Shown piece by piece: positions 9,688-19,731 of a stretch of DNA of 56,026 nt. The stretch spans positions 1 through 56,026 of the forward strand of contig SVAN01000005.1 of assembly GCA_015059375.1 (NCBI GenBank), given 5' to 3'. Both the position numbers and the translations under genes were made by a program. Below the pieces are notes generated by a model. It did not search any database and was not told where the DNA came from. It saw only the letters and a list, made by a program, of their open reading frames with translations. Within the stretch, counting starts at the first letter, position 1; every line of letters starts with the position of its first letter. Source of the DNA: Bacillota bacterium (lineage in GTDB: Bacteria; Bacillota_I; Bacilli_A; RF39; UBA660).

Positions 9688-10188
9688 TCACTTATTTTCA
9701 ATTATATTTTTCAGGACTTTTACTAAAAATATATCTTCTTTAGTTATTGATGTATTTTTAAATATAATAACTAGTCCATTTGCATCACTATTTTGAATAA
9801 TTGGCTCTATAATAAAATATGCATTTATTTCGTTTCCTGAAAAAGAAAAACAATCTTTAGTTGTAGAAACATATCCTTTTCTTTCATAAAGAAGGTCTTT
9901 TAAATATGGAGGCAGAATAAAATTTTCATATTTGCCGCGAGTAATTATCATTTCTTTATCAGATATTATAATAGTAGCATCTATCAAATCCGTTACAGAT
10001 TCAATGATTTTATTTGTGTCATTTTTTAAATTATGCATTACTGAATATTTTTCTAAAATTAGTTGTTGATTATCAACATAGATTTCTAAATCATCACCAC
10101 TTTCAATATTTAATACTTTACGTATTTCTTTAGGTATAACAATTCTACCTAGCTCATCTATTTTTCTTATTACGCCGGTACTTTTCAA
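9688..10188 (-). CDS. spoVT: Stage V sporulation protein T (AbrB-like N-domain plus GAF-like C-domain)
   Basis: KSTGVIRKIDELGRIVIPKEIR N-domain plus C-terminal domain; follows mfd. TTG start at 10188 behind a GGAG RBS. Confidence 0.9.
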   Translation of the reverse strand: MKSTGVIRKIDELGRIVIPKEIRKVLNIESGDDLEIYVDNQQLILEKYSVMHNLKNDTNKIIESVTDLIDATIIISDKEMIITRGKYENFILPPYLKDLLYERKGYVSTTKDCFSFSGNEINAYFIIEPIIQNSDANGLVIIFKNTSITKEDIFLVKVLKNIIENK

Positions 10189-10209
10189 CAAAAAACACAC
10201 TCCTATAGA

Positions 10210-10238
10210 TAGTGTGTTTCTAAAAAAAAGATTTATAC
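10210..10238 (-). promoter_or_regulatory. Putative sigG/sigF-type forespore promoter of spoVT
   Basis: Minus strand GTATA-17-CACACTA versus consensus GHATR-17/18-CATWHTA; spoVT is sigG-dependent in B. subtilis. Confidence 0.5.
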
Positions 10239-13200
10239 TACAATGTATTTAATAACTTAACAATGTATTTAATAAAATGCTCTTGTAAATTTTTGTAATA
10301 TAAGGTTATGATAATACAATTATGTTTATAAGCTAAGTTAAAGTTTTTCGAAATACTATACGATGAATATAACAATTTATCGCCTTTTATTTCCCGGGAA
10401 ATATTTTCAGGAAGTTCTATTTCTATCAAACGATCTGTTTGACGAACTCGTTTAATCCCTAGGTTTTTAGCAATTTTTTCAAACCACTCTTCATACATAT
10501 AATTTTCAATACTTTCTGTTATTTTGCCAAAGCGATCCTCTAACGTATTTTTTATTTCTTGAAGTTTGTCATAAGAATCAATTTCATTAATCATTTGATG
10601 AATTTCAATTTTAATATCCTCATCAGAAACATAAGCATCCGAAATATGCGTTTCAATATTAATTAAAGATTGTTCATCTTCATCTTCTTCAACAATTTCA
10701 CCTTTTTGGCGGCGCATCTCATCTTCAATCATTTTAGTATATAAACTAACACCGACTGCATCAACAAAACCAGCTTGGTTGGCTCCAAAAATATCGCCAG
10801 AGCCTCTAATAGATAAATCTCTCATAGCAATCCGATAACCACTACCCAATTCTGTAAATTCTTTAATTGCTTGTAACCTTTTAATGGCTATTTCGTTAAG
10901 CATTTTTTGACTATTGTACATTAAATAAGCATATGCAATTTTATCACTTCGTCCTACTCGTCCTCGAAGTTGATAAAGCTGTGATAATCCTAATCGATCA
11001 GCATCAAATACTAGCAGTGTATTTGCATTAGGAATATCAATTCCATTTTCAATAATTGTCGTACAAACAATAATGTTAAACTTCTTTTGGATAAAATCAT
11101 CCATAATATCCTCAAGTTCTTCTTTACTCATTTGACCGTGCGCAAAACGAATTGTTTCTCCAGGAATTAGTTTTCTTAAATAATCAGTTTTTATTTCTAT
11201 GTTTTCGACATTATTAAACAAAACAAATACTTGTCCGCCACGAGATAGTTCTTTGTATATAGCATCTTTAATTATTAAATCATCTTCACTAATTACATAT
11301 GTTTGAACCGGATACCGATTACGAGGAGCGGTATCTATTATCGAAAGATCTCTTAATCCAGAAAGGGCCATTTTAAGTGTACGCGGAATTGGAGTTGCTG
11401 ATAAAGTTAAAACATTAATATCTTCTTTATATTCCTTAATTTTTTCTTTATGTTTAACCCCAAATCTTTGTTCCTCATCAATAATCATTAATCCCAAATT
11501 TTTATATTTAATTTTATCATTTAATAACTTATGTGTTCCAAAAATTATATCAATAGAGCCTTTTTCCAGTTTTTCTAAAATATTTTTTGCCTCCTTTTGT
11601 GTTGTAAAGCGATTTAAGAGAGCAATTTCAATTGGCCACTGCGATAATCTTTTTTTAGCAACTTCATATTGTTGTTTAGACAAAATAGTAGTTGGACACA
11701 AATATATAACTTGGAAATTATTTAAAACTGCTTTAAACATAGCTCTTAAAGCAACCTCTGTTTTGCCAAAGCCGACGTCACCACACAAAAGGCGATCCAT
11801 GGGTCTTTCTGAAGCTAAATCAGCAAATATATCGTTGACTGCCTTTTGTTGATCATCTGTTAAGTTATAAGGAAATGATGCCCCAAAGATGTCCTCTTCT
11901 TCATAAGATTTGTATGGGGTACTTTTTATCATTGCTCGAGCTTTATAAAGAGCAATTAATTCTCGTGAAATATCTTGAATTCTCTTTTGAACGTATTGTC
12001 TGGTTTTTAACCATGTAGTAGAATTTAAACGGTTCAACTTCGGTGCATTACCATCTTTATCAGAATATTTATAAATGTTATTAATCTTTTCTACAGGAAC
12101 ATAAATTTTATCATTATTTAAATATAATATTTGAATATAATCTTTTTTTATTCCATCTTTAGTCAAGGTAACAATTCCATTATATACTCCAATTCCATGA
12201 GCAATATGAACAACATAATCTCCTTTATTTAACTCATTATAATTAACAATCTTTTTTCCACAATAAAAATTGTTTTGGTATTTATACTCATGCTTCACAT
12301 TCTCGATATCGTATTCTGATATAACAACTAAATCCCGTATAATAAAGCCTTGATTAACTTTCTTTTTGACAATTTCAATCTCGGGGAATTCTTGTTTAAT
12401 TTTTTTTACTTCAGTGTCATGTGATAGACAAAATAATATACGTTTCTTTTCAAACTGCCACTTTTCCACGTTTTTTCTTAATAAATCAAAATCTTGATTA
12501 AAATTTTCTATTGAACTACAATTTATCAAATAATCATTTTTACCTGTTGAAAATTTGTTAAGTTGTATTTCATAAGAAGGATTTATTTCTTCGAGTTTAT
12601 GCATTAAAGTTTTAGAAATATTTTGTTTTTCACAATATTCAGTAATATCTTCGAGCAATTTATGATATGATGCTTCAATCTGTGGATAATCAATCGACAC
12701 AACTATTGGATCATTTGCATACTCATAAATATTACTATGACCAAGATCTTCACACTCATCAATTGGTTTAACGACAATTTTGTCAATCAGATTAATCGTA
12801 CTTTGCGTATTTTCATCAAAATAACGTATGTTATCAATAATGTCATCGTCAAGTTCAATTCTAATGGGGTGTATTTCATTTATCAAAAAAACGTCAACAA
12901 TCATCCCTCTTACTGAACATTCACCTGTAGTTGTAGTTATTGATTCCTTTCGATATCCAAAATCTAATAATTTTTTTACTAGTTCATCACGTTGAATTTT
13001 TGTGCCATTTTCAATTACTAGTTTTCGGCTGTTTGCATAATTACGGCTTGGTAGAAACTTAAGGTAAGCCATCAAATTTGTAATTATAATATGATTACCA
13101 CTTTCCATTTTATCAATGGTATTCAATCTAGTTAATTTAAGTTCAGGAGATGCTGTTTTAACCATTGAAGATAAAAAATCATCCATAAGAAACAACAAAA

Positions 13201-13387
13201 CATCATTCGTATATGTTTGCAGTAAATTATAATAATTGTTAGCTTCATATAACGATGATGTTAAAACAATTACATTTTTTTTTACTTTTTGAAATAAACT
13301 TAACACGTAAAAAACATTTAACTCATTAGTTAAACCACATATTACACTATTATTATCATATTTAAAATACGTCTCTAGTAAGTCCAT
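10238..13387 (-). CDS. mfd: Transcription-repair coupling factor
   Basis: GDYVVH..HGIG (CarD/RID), CGDVGFGKTEV, DEEQRFG, SATPIPRT, QLRGRVGRS and TRCF-type C-terminus. Confidence 0.98.
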   Translation of the reverse strand: MDLLETYFKYDNNSVICGLTNELNVFYVLSLFQKVKKNVIVLTSSLYEANNYYNLLQTYTNDVLLFLMDDFLSSMVKTASPELKLTRLNTIDKMESGNHIIITNLMAYLKFLPSRNYANSRKLVIENGTKIQRDELVKKLLDFGYRKESITTTTGECSVRGMIVDVFLINEIHPIRIELDDDIIDNIRYFDENTQSTINLIDKIVVKPIDECEDLGHSNIYEYANDPIVVSIDYPQIEASYHKLLEDITEYCEKQNISKTLMHKLEEINPSYEIQLNKFSTGKNDYLINCSSIENFNQDFDLLRKNVEKWQFEKKRILFCLSHDTEVKKIKQEFPEIEIVKKKVNQGFIIRDLVVISEYDIENVKHEYKYQNNFYCGKKIVNYNELNKGDYVVHIAHGIGVYNGIVTLTKDGIKKDYIQILYLNNDKIYVPVEKINNIYKYSDKDGNAPKLNRLNSTTWLKTRQYVQKRIQDISRELIALYKARAMIKSTPYKSYEEEDIFGASFPYNLTDDQQKAVNDIFADLASERPMDRLLCGDVGFGKTEVALRAMFKAVLNNFQVIYLCPTTILSKQQYEVAKKRLSQWPIEIALLNRFTTQKEAKNILEKLEKGSIDIIFGTHKLLNDKIKYKNLGLMIIDEEQRFGVKHKEKIKEYKEDINVLTLSATPIPRTLKMALSGLRDLSIIDTAPRNRYPVQTYVISEDDLIIKDAIYKELSRGGQVFVLFNNVENIEIKTDYLRKLIPGETIRFAHGQMSKEELEDIMDDFIQKKFNIIVCTTIIENGIDIPNANTLLVFDADRLGLSQLYQLRGRVGRSDKIAYAYLMYNSQKMLNEIAIKRLQAIKEFTELGSGYRIAMRDLSIRGSGDIFGANQAGFVDAVGVSLYTKMIEDEMRRQKGEIVEEDEDEQSLINIETHISDAYVSDEDIKIEIHQMINEIDSYDKLQEIKNTLEDRFGKITESIENYMYEEWFEKIAKNLGIKRVRQTDRLIEIELPENISREIKGDKLLYSSYSISKNFNLAYKHNCIIITLYYKNLQEHFIKYIVKLLNTL
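10389..10402. promoter_or_regulatory. Noc binding site (NBS) within mfd
   Basis: TATTTCCCGGGAAATA, 16-bp perfect palindrome (10388-10403). Confidence 0.8.
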
Positions 13388-13932
13388 TATTCTCCATTAT
13401 ACTTATTCATTGCTTTTTCAATTCCGTTTTCTAAATAATAGTTAATCATTTCGATATACTTGTCACTTTTTAATTCTTTTATTTCTGCTGTTGATAATTT
13501 GTTTAAAACATAATCTGCAGTAGCTATATTTTTATTATGACCAATTCCCACTTTTAAATGATTAAATTCTTGACTACTTAACACCTCAATAATATTCTTA
13601 ACACCGTTGTGTCCCCCAGCGGAGGAAGATGTTTTAAATTTATGTTTACCAATATCTAAAGCTAAGTCATCATGAATTACTAAAATATCATTAACAAGTA
13701 TTTTATAATAATTAACAATTCTTAACACTGCTTGCCCGGACAAGTTCATATATGTTAAAGGACGCAAAAAACACACTTTTTCTCCATTAATATTTAGAAT
13801 CTGATATTCACAATCCTTTTCTTGTATCCATTTAGTATCTTTCAAATAACTATCTAAAATAATGAAGCCAACGTTGTGTCTAGTATGCTCGTACTTTTGT
13901 CCAGGATTACCCAATCCTACGATTAATTTCAT
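13387..13932 (-). CDS. pth: Peptidyl-tRNA hydrolase
   Basis: LIVGLGNPG, TRHNVGF, PLTYMNLSG, HDDL and GGHNG motifs. Confidence 0.97.
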   Translation of the reverse strand: MKLIVGLGNPGQKYEHTRHNVGFIILDSYLKDTKWIQEKDCEYQILNINGEKVCFLRPLTYMNLSGQAVLRIVNYYKILVNDILVIHDDLALDIGKHKFKTSSSAGGHNGVKNIIEVLSSQEFNHLKVGIGHNKNIATADYVLNKLSTAEIKELKSDKYIEMINYYLENGIEKAMNKYNGE

Positions 13933-14648
13933 GATTCCTCCTTAAATATTTGTTGATAAGATTTTACACCATCTACACATAATTCACAATTAAATTTTAT
14001 CCCTGGTTTACTATTTTTAACGCATTTTGCTAAAACAATATATGGTTTTCCCATCTTTTTCGTTGTAATTAACTGAACATTTTTTGCGTAAATTTGATAT
14101 TTAAATCCCAAAGCTATGATTTCATCAAGGCGGTCAGCTCGATGAACCAAATATAGACTTCCTTTATTAACTAAATATTTACGAGCTAAAATGAAAAAGT
14201 CCTCTAATGTAATAGAGATTTCATGACGGGCATATTTTAACTCTTCTTTTGCATTAATAACTCTATCTTCACTTTTATTGTACTTAAAATATGGTGGGTT
14301 GCAAACCATTATATCAAAATATTCATTTGAAAAATAATTCCCCAAATTTTTAACATCATCATTAATTATTTCTAATTGATGGGAAAGACCATTTATTTCC
14401 ACAGATTTATCCCCTAGTTCTGCTACCCTTTTTTGAATTTCAAATCCCACAATAGGCGATGATGTGTATTTCGATAAAATCAATGGAATTGCCATATTAC
14501 CTGCACACATATCAAGAATTTTAACTTTTTTTGGGGGAATATTGACATACTCTGCTAACAATATTGAGTCTAATGAAAATTTAAAAAAATCACTATCTTG
14601 AAAAATATAGCGATTTTCATAATCAAACAAATCATTTTTTACTAACAT
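13929..14648 (-). CDS. yabB: tRNA1(Val) A37 N6-methyltransferase (YabB/TrmN6 family)
   Basis: F.FSLDSILLA, LDMCAGN, CNPPYF and ARHE motifs; downstream of yaaT. Confidence 0.88.
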   Translation of the reverse strand: MLVKNDLFDYENRYIFQDSDFFKFSLDSILLAEYVNIPPKKVKILDMCAGNMAIPLILSKYTSSPIVGFEIQKRVAELGDKSVEINGLSHQLEIINDDVKNLGNYFSNEYFDIMVCNPPYFKYNKSEDRVINAKEELKYARHEISITLEDFFILARKYLVNKGSLYLVHRADRLDEIIALGFKYQIYAKNVQLITTKKMGKPYIVLAKCVKNSKPGIKFNCELCVDGVKSYQQIFKEES

Positions 14649-15423
14649 ATTCTACTTCCTCAGCTTTAACAGTTAGTTTTTCGTCATCAATTAAAATCTT
14701 ATAAGTTCTTGTTAAAATGTCAACACCAACAATAATTCCAACAGAACCATTATACTTAACACTGCAGCCAACATGCAATAATCCTTTACTACATCTAGTG
14801 TATTCTTCATCTTCATAACACAAACAACATAATAAACGGCCGCATGCTCCATTAATTTTTGCTGGATTAAGTGCTAAATTTTGATTTTTAGCTTTGTTCA
14901 TTGAAATTGATTCAATTTGATTTAAAAAATTAGCACAACATAATTTTTGTCCACAGACTCCAATTCCGCCAACTTGTTTTGCTTTATCCCGTGCTCCTAT
15001 TTGTCTTAGTTCAATTCTGGTTTTATAAACACTTGCAAGTTTTCTTGCTAATTCACGGAAATCAACTCGATCATCTGCTGAAAAATTTATAAGTAATTGA
15101 CTACGATCAAAATTATAAGATGCGTTGATTACGAACATATTTAATCCTAATTCATTAACTAATTCCTTGCATTTATTTAATGCATCTTCAGCATCTTTTA
15201 AATTTTTATAATAATTATCTGTATCTTCTCTAGTGGCAATTCGAACTATTTCTTTATACTCATCTTCTTTGGGAGTATTTACTAAAGAAACAACTTTACC
15301 ATATTGTTCACCTTTTTCTGTAATAACAATAACTTCAGTATTCATATCGATATCTAATGTTGATTTAAAATAATACGCTTTACTATTATTTTTAAAAATT
15401 ACTCCATATACTTTACTTTCCAT
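14632..15423 (-). CDS. yaaT: PSP1-domain protein YaaT/RicT
   Basis: RVDFRELAR, RIELRQIG.RD, GIGVCGQKLCC and GACGRLLCCL motifs. Confidence 0.95.
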   Translation of the reverse strand: MESKVYGVIFKNNSKAYYFKSTLDIDMNTEVIVITEKGEQYGKVVSLVNTPKEDEYKEIVRIATREDTDNYYKNLKDAEDALNKCKELVNELGLNMFVINASYNFDRSQLLINFSADDRVDFRELARKLASVYKTRIELRQIGARDKAKQVGGIGVCGQKLCCANFLNQIESISMNKAKNQNLALNPAKINGACGRLLCCLCYEDEEYTRCSKGLLHVGCSVKYNGSVGIIVGVDILTRTYKILIDDEKLTVKAEEVEYVSKK

Positions 15424-16237
15424 ATAATTCTCCTAATTCTATTGCTAAACTATTTAATAACAACGAAATATTCACGTTAAAATTTATCTCTTCTAGATAT
15501 TTCGAAATAATCTTAACCTTTTGATGCAAATGCTGATTATAATTATCAGATAAATCCTTCATATAAAATGATAATAATATTTTTAAGAAATTAATTGTAT
15601 CATTTCGATTTTCAAATTCCTTTAAAAGAACACTACTATTATACCATACAAGGTCGCTACTACTATTTTCTATTTGATTTCGATATTCAATTGCTAAATC
15701 TTTTAGATGATTGTATTGATTTTCATTTATTCCTAAAAGATCATAGTTTGTATTATCATCATACATAATCTTGATAATTTCACATCTACTTATTATTGTA
15801 TTAGCAACGTCATCCTTATTTTCAGTTATAAAAAAGCCAATAATATTATCTTCTGGTTCCTCTAAAAACTTTAACAACTTATTATAAGCTGTACCATTCA
15901 TTTTTTCAGGAGATTTAATTATATAAATATTATTATCAGTGTAAATTGGCTTTTTACTAAAAGAATCTTTAAGATTTTCAATTGCATCTTTTTTTATGCT
16001 TTTACCATCAGGTTCAATAATTATAAAACTAGGCAAATTATTTTGATCAACTAAATGACACAGATTGCACAAACCACAACTATCGCTATACTCATTTTTG
16101 CAATTAATTCTTTTTATTATTATTTTTACATCGTTAACACATTTCGATAAATTATTTGTTTCAATTAAATATGCATGAGATAACTTTTTCTCATGATAAA
16201 GTGTTGTTAATTTATTAATAATGTTCTCTGCTTTCAA
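15413..16237 (-). CDS. holB: DNA polymerase III delta-prime subunit
   Basis: HAYL, zinc motif CGLCNLC, N.LLKFLEEP and TIISRC motifs; upstream of yaaT. Confidence 0.92.
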   Translation of the reverse strand: MKAENIINKLTTLYHEKKLSHAYLIETNNLSKCVNDVKIIIKRINCKNEYSDSCGLCNLCHLVDQNNLPSFIIIEPDGKSIKKDAIENLKDSFSKKPIYTDNNIYIIKSPEKMNGTAYNKLLKFLEEPEDNIIGFFITENKDDVANTIISRCEIIKIMYDDNTNYDLLGINENQYNHLKDLAIEYRNQIENSSSDLVWYNSSVLLKEFENRNDTINFLKILLSFYMKDLSDNYNQHLHQKVKIISKYLEEINFNVNISLLLNSLAIELGELYGK

Positions 16238-16265
16238 CTTTACTCCTTATGTTCAATATTACAAA

Positions 16266-16451
16266 CTACAATACGAAAAATAAAGCAACCAATGTACATA
16301 AACCAGGAATGCCTAATAACCCTACTAAAAAAATTGTAATAATATTAATTGGGATAACAATATTTAAAGATGAAATTATTAAATTTAACCCATATAACAT
16401 AAAAAATGCAACTATTATTCTTTTTACTACTTTTATTAGTAAATTAACCAT
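16266..16451 (-). CDS. bofA: Pro-sigmaK processing inhibitor BofA
   Basis: IPINIIT...GLLGIPG motif; follows recR. ATG at 16451 behind GAGG; the ORF track starts at 16478. Confidence 0.85.
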   Translation of the reverse strand: MVNLLIKVVKRIIVAFFMLYGLNLIISSLNIVIPINIITIFLVGLLGIPGLCTLVALFFVL

Positions 16452-16489
16452 ACTATTTCCTCGGTTAATATTATGCATATTATGATAAA

Positions 16490-17089
16490 TTATGATATTT
16501 TTTTGCGATCCTCTAATGCTTTATCCAACGTTAATATATCCAAATAATCAATTTCTGCTCCCATTGGAATTCCATATGATAAACGAGAAATAGTAACATT
16601 CTTATTTTCAAATATTTTTTTTATATAAAGTGTTGTTGTTTCTCCTTCAATCGATGATTTAAGTGCTAAAATTAATTCCGGATGATCAAGTTCTTTAATT
16701 CGTTTTACTAATCCAGAAATATTTATATCTTCAGGGCCTTTATTGTTAATTGGAGAAATTAAACCATTTAAAACATGATAAACACCGTGATAATTTCCCG
16801 CTTTTTCAAACGAAAAAACACTTTTATAATCCTCAATTACACATATTAAATTCTTATCCCTAGCCTCATTAGAACAAATATCACATATTTCCTTATCTGT
16901 TAAATTATTACAAATTTTACAAGGAAGTAACTTTTGTTTAGCTAAAATAATATTTTTGGAAAAATCGGCAATTAATTCATCGTCTAAATCCAACGTAGCA
17001 AGAGCTAATCTTTCAGCACTTTTTTCCCCAATACTTGGTAATTTTTTATAAAAAGAAATAAGTTTCTCTAAAGTAGTTGGATAGACCAT
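16490..17089 (-). CDS. recR: Recombination mediator RecR
   Basis: LPSIGEKSAERLA, C..C...C..C zinc finger, YHVL.G.ISP, EGETT and G.E..Y.D..TL motifs. Confidence 0.97.
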   Translation of the reverse strand: MVYPTTLEKLISFYKKLPSIGEKSAERLALATLDLDDELIADFSKNIILAKQKLLPCKICNNLTDKEICDICSNEARDKNLICVIEDYKSVFSFEKAGNYHGVYHVLNGLISPINNKGPEDINISGLVKRIKELDHPELILALKSSIEGETTTLYIKKIFENKNVTISRLSYGIPMGAEIDYLDILTLDKALEDRKKIS

Positions 17090-17091
17090 AA

Positions 17092-17388
17092 TTAAAACAA
17101 TCCACCCATTTGTGAATAAGCACCCATTTTGGATTCTGTTTCTTTTTCAATTTTTGATAACCCATCTTTAATCGCTAGTTGAATCATATCACACAAAATA
17201 TCCTCATTTTCTTTATCAAAAGCCGCATCATTTAGAATTTTCACAGAAGTAACATCTCTATTACCTTTAAAACCTACTTCTACCCAATCAGATTTTCCCA
17301 AAAAATCCATCGAATCTATTTGACTTTTTTTAGCCATAATATCCTTCTGCATTCTTTGCGCTTGAGCCATAATTTGTTGCATATTCAT
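17092..17388 (-). CDS. yaaK: YbaB/EbfC nucleoid-associated protein
   Basis: NMQQIMAQAQRMQ N-terminus; between dnaX and recR. Confidence 0.92.
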   Translation of the reverse strand: MNMQQIMAQAQRMQKDIMAKKSQIDSMDFLGKSDWVEVGFKGNRDVTSVKILNDAAFDKENEDILCDMIQLAIKDGLSKIEKETESKMGAYSQMGGLF

Positions 17389-17402
17389 AAATAATTCCTC
17401 CT

Positions 17403-19004
17403 TTATTTAACCTCTATTTTTTTAGTTATAAATATGTCATCTAATTCGTTAAAACCCTCATCTTCTGAAGGTTCATCAATAAATTTATATTCAATTTTAT
17501 TCTTAATATTTTGTTTATAGCGTTCTGTTTCATCATTCCACCTTTTTTGTGTAATCGCTATCAACTTATATTTTTTCTTATATATTTCATTAAAGTCATT
17601 CTCTAACGATCCTAAATAAGCATTAATATTATCTGCTTTTTCCTGAAAATCAGTTTTAATAACCATAATATCATCAGATGCTAAAACAATATCAGAATCT
17701 AGTAACAAACCTTTAACTTTTTTATCTTCTGTTTCATTAATATATTTTTGCCACAACTCTTTTGCAGTTTTCAACCAATCTTTGTTAGCTTTAACAAAAC
17801 AATTGTTCGTCCTAATCTCTATTAGTTTAGAATTATTTCCCGGGAAATAATTATTTGATTTGCTTTGTACAAAATCAACATCACCAGCATTTTTTTCCAT
17901 ATTTGTTATTACTTCTCGATTATTAACAGGTTCCTCTCTATCATTCTTAACACCAGCATCAGATGGCAAACCATTAAGTTCTATGCTAACATAATCTAAT
18001 AAGGTTAATTCCAAAAGAGAATAAGAATCTATATTAACATTACTCTTATATAATAGTGACGATAAATCAAAGCATAAATTTTTATAGTCAGAATAATCCA
18101 TATCAGACCGATATTTACCTAACTTAACACTTAAAGCGCGATTTTTTATTACTTGAACAAGCTTTTTTATTAAAGTTTTAAAATCCGCACTATTTTCTCG
18201 CGTTTTTTCAACAAAATTTAAAACTCTTTCAGAATCATTAAGTTCTATTGCCTCCAGTAAATCTTGAATCGATTTTGTCGATATCAATCCAATAGAATTT
18301 AAAACTTTTTCTTGTGTAATAATTTCACCCGTCTTTGATAACTGATCTAGCATACTCAAGGCATCACGTAATCCTCCGTCTGCAAATTCAGCAATTTCGC
18401 TTAAAGCATCATCATCTATGTTAATTTTTTCTTTTTCAGCTATACTTTTCAATGAATTTTTAATATCTTTATTACTTATTTTTTTGAAATCTAATCTTTG
18501 ACACCTAGATAAAACAGTAATTGGAACATCTTCAATATCAGTTGTGGCTAAAATAAAGACAACATGACTGGGGGGTTCCTCTAAAGTAAGCAATAAAGCA
18601 TTAAAAGCACTTGTGCTTAACATATGAACTTCATCAATAATGTATATTTTATACTTTGAATTTATCGGAGATAATTTGATATTATCAATAATTTCACGAA
18701 TTTGGTCAACACCATTGTTTGACGCTGCATCAATCTCATAAACGTCATTGCTTTGAGAAAAATTAAGACAATTGGAGCATTTGTTACACGGTTTTTCGTC
18801 ATTACAAGCTAAACAATTAATAGTTTTCGCAAATATTTTCGCTGTGCTTGTTTTACCAGTTCCGCGAGGACCCGAAAATATATATGCATGCGAGATTTTC
18901 CCATTATAGATGCTATCTTTTAACAGTTCTATCGTATTATTTTGTCCAACTACTTCGTCAAAATTTGTTGGTCTATATTTCCGATATAACACCTTATAAT
19001 TCAT
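17403..19004 (-). CDS. dnaX: DNA polymerase III gamma/tau subunit
   Basis: YRKYRP, GPRGTGKTS, EIDAASN, IDEVHMLS, LEEPP and SRCQR motifs. Confidence 0.98.
   Translation of the reverse strand: MNYKVLYRKYRPTNFDEVVGQNNTIELLKDSIYNGKISHAYIFSGPRGTGKTSTAKIFAKTINCLACNDEKPCNKCSNCLNFSQSNDVYEIDAASNNGVDQIREIIDNIKLSPINSKYKIYIIDEVHMLSTSAFNALLLTLEEPPSHVVFILATTDIEDVPITVLSRCQRLDFKKISNKDIKNSLKSIAEKEKINIDDDALSEIAEFADGGLRDALSMLDQLSKTGEIITQEKVLNSIGLISTKSIQDLLEAIELNDSERVLNFVEKTRENSADFKTLIKKLVQVIKNRALSVKLGKYRSDMDYSDYKNLCFDLSSLLYKSNVNIDSYSLLELTLLDYVSIELNGLPSDAGVKNDREEPVNNREVITNMEKNAGDVDFVQSKSNNYFPGNNSKLIEIRTNNCFVKANKDWLKTAKELWQKYINETEDKKVKGLLLDSDIVLASDDIMVIKTDFQEKADNINAYLGSLENDFNEIYKKKYKLIAITQKRWNDETERYKQNIKNKIEYKFIDEPSEDEGFNELDDIFITKKIEVK
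17835..17848. promoter_or_regulatory. Noc binding site (NBS) within the dnaX variable linker
   Basis: Core ATTTCCCGGGAAAT, extended to a 22-bp perfect palindrome AATTATTTCCCGGGAAATAATT (17831-17852). Confidence 0.8.
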
Positions 19005-19047
19005 TTTTACCTCCTAGTGCTATTATATCAATATTAATAGTCAAATA

Positions 19048-19473
19048 CTATCTTTTGCGAGCAAAAAACTCCTTAATTTTTTGATAATATTGTTCTTTTA
19101 GAACCTCGTTTTCTTCTATTTGCTTTACTAATATTTTTTTGTTATCTTCATTATTAAATTTAGATGGAAGAAGATAATATACGTTTTTGATTCGTGCTTG
19201 TCTTATAACTTCCATACACATTTTACAAGGTTCAAGTGTAACATATAAATCGCAACCATCAAGACGCCAATCTTCTATTTTTTTTTCAGCTTTCAACACC
19301 GCCAAAATTTCAGCATGATTGATACACGCATGTTTTTTTTGTTTAGTATTATGCGCCTTAGACAAAATATTTTCGTCTTTTACGATTATGCAACCAACTG
19401 GAACCTCATTTTTTTTCAACGCTTTTTCAGCTTCATTTAATATTATTTTTAAAAACTTTTCATTTTTCAACAC
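19048..19473 (-). CDS. tadA: tRNA adenosine(34) deaminase
   Basis: EVPVG, HAE and YVTLEPC..C motifs. GTG start at 19473 behind GGAGG; the longer ORF-track start overlaps the SRP RNA. Confidence 0.9.
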   Translation of the reverse strand: MLKNEKFLKIILNEAEKALKKNEVPVGCIIVKDENILSKAHNTKQKKHACINHAEILAVLKAEKKIEDWRLDGCDLYVTLEPCKMCMEVIRQARIKNVYYLLPSKFNNEDNKKILVKQIEENEVLKEQYYQKIKEFFARKR

Positions 19474-19489
19474 TATTTCCTCCACAAAA

Positions 19490-19566
19490 AAAGTGCACAC
19501 AAACATTGATTGATATGGCTGCTTCTTTCCAGATCTGACCAGGTTACAATATATTTGTTGCACACA
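19490..19566 (-). ncRNA. ffs: Signal recognition particle RNA, small (4.5S-type)
   Basis: Minus strand CCTGGTCAGATCTGGAAAGAAGCAGCC matches the SRP helix 8 motif (GGAA tetraloop), closed by a GTGCA...TGCAC stem. Confidence 0.9.
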
Positions 19567-19602
19567 TAAATATTATCAAAAAAAGTCTTCTTGTGCAACT
19601 AA

Positions 19603-19618
19603 TGTTTCACGTGAAACA
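19603..19618. promoter_or_regulatory. parS site 1
   Basis: TGTTTCACGTGAAACA, perfect parS palindrome. Confidence 0.92.
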
Positions 19619-19640
19619 TATATTTTCTTATATAACGCAA

Positions 19641-19656
19641 TGTTTCACGTGAAACA
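19641..19656. promoter_or_regulatory. parS site 2
   Basis: TGTTTCACGTGAAACA. Confidence 0.92.
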
Positions 19657-19710
19657 TTGCCATATTTTTTATATTTAATTAAAGAAAATCTACACATTTT
19701 TTTAATATAA

Positions 19711-19726
19711 TGTTTCGCGTGAAACT
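19711..19726. promoter_or_regulatory. parS site 3 (two mismatches)
   Basis: TGTTTCGCGTGAAACT. Confidence 0.7.
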
Positions 19727-19731
19727 ATATT

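Noticed and set aside
9372-9796. ORFs 9372-9575 (-) and 9545-9796 (+) as leader peptides
   Set aside because: The region is explained by the T-box RNA.
19474-19563. N-terminal extension of tadA in the ORF track
   Set aside because: It overlaps the SRP RNA; a GGAGG RBS supports the GTG at 19473.
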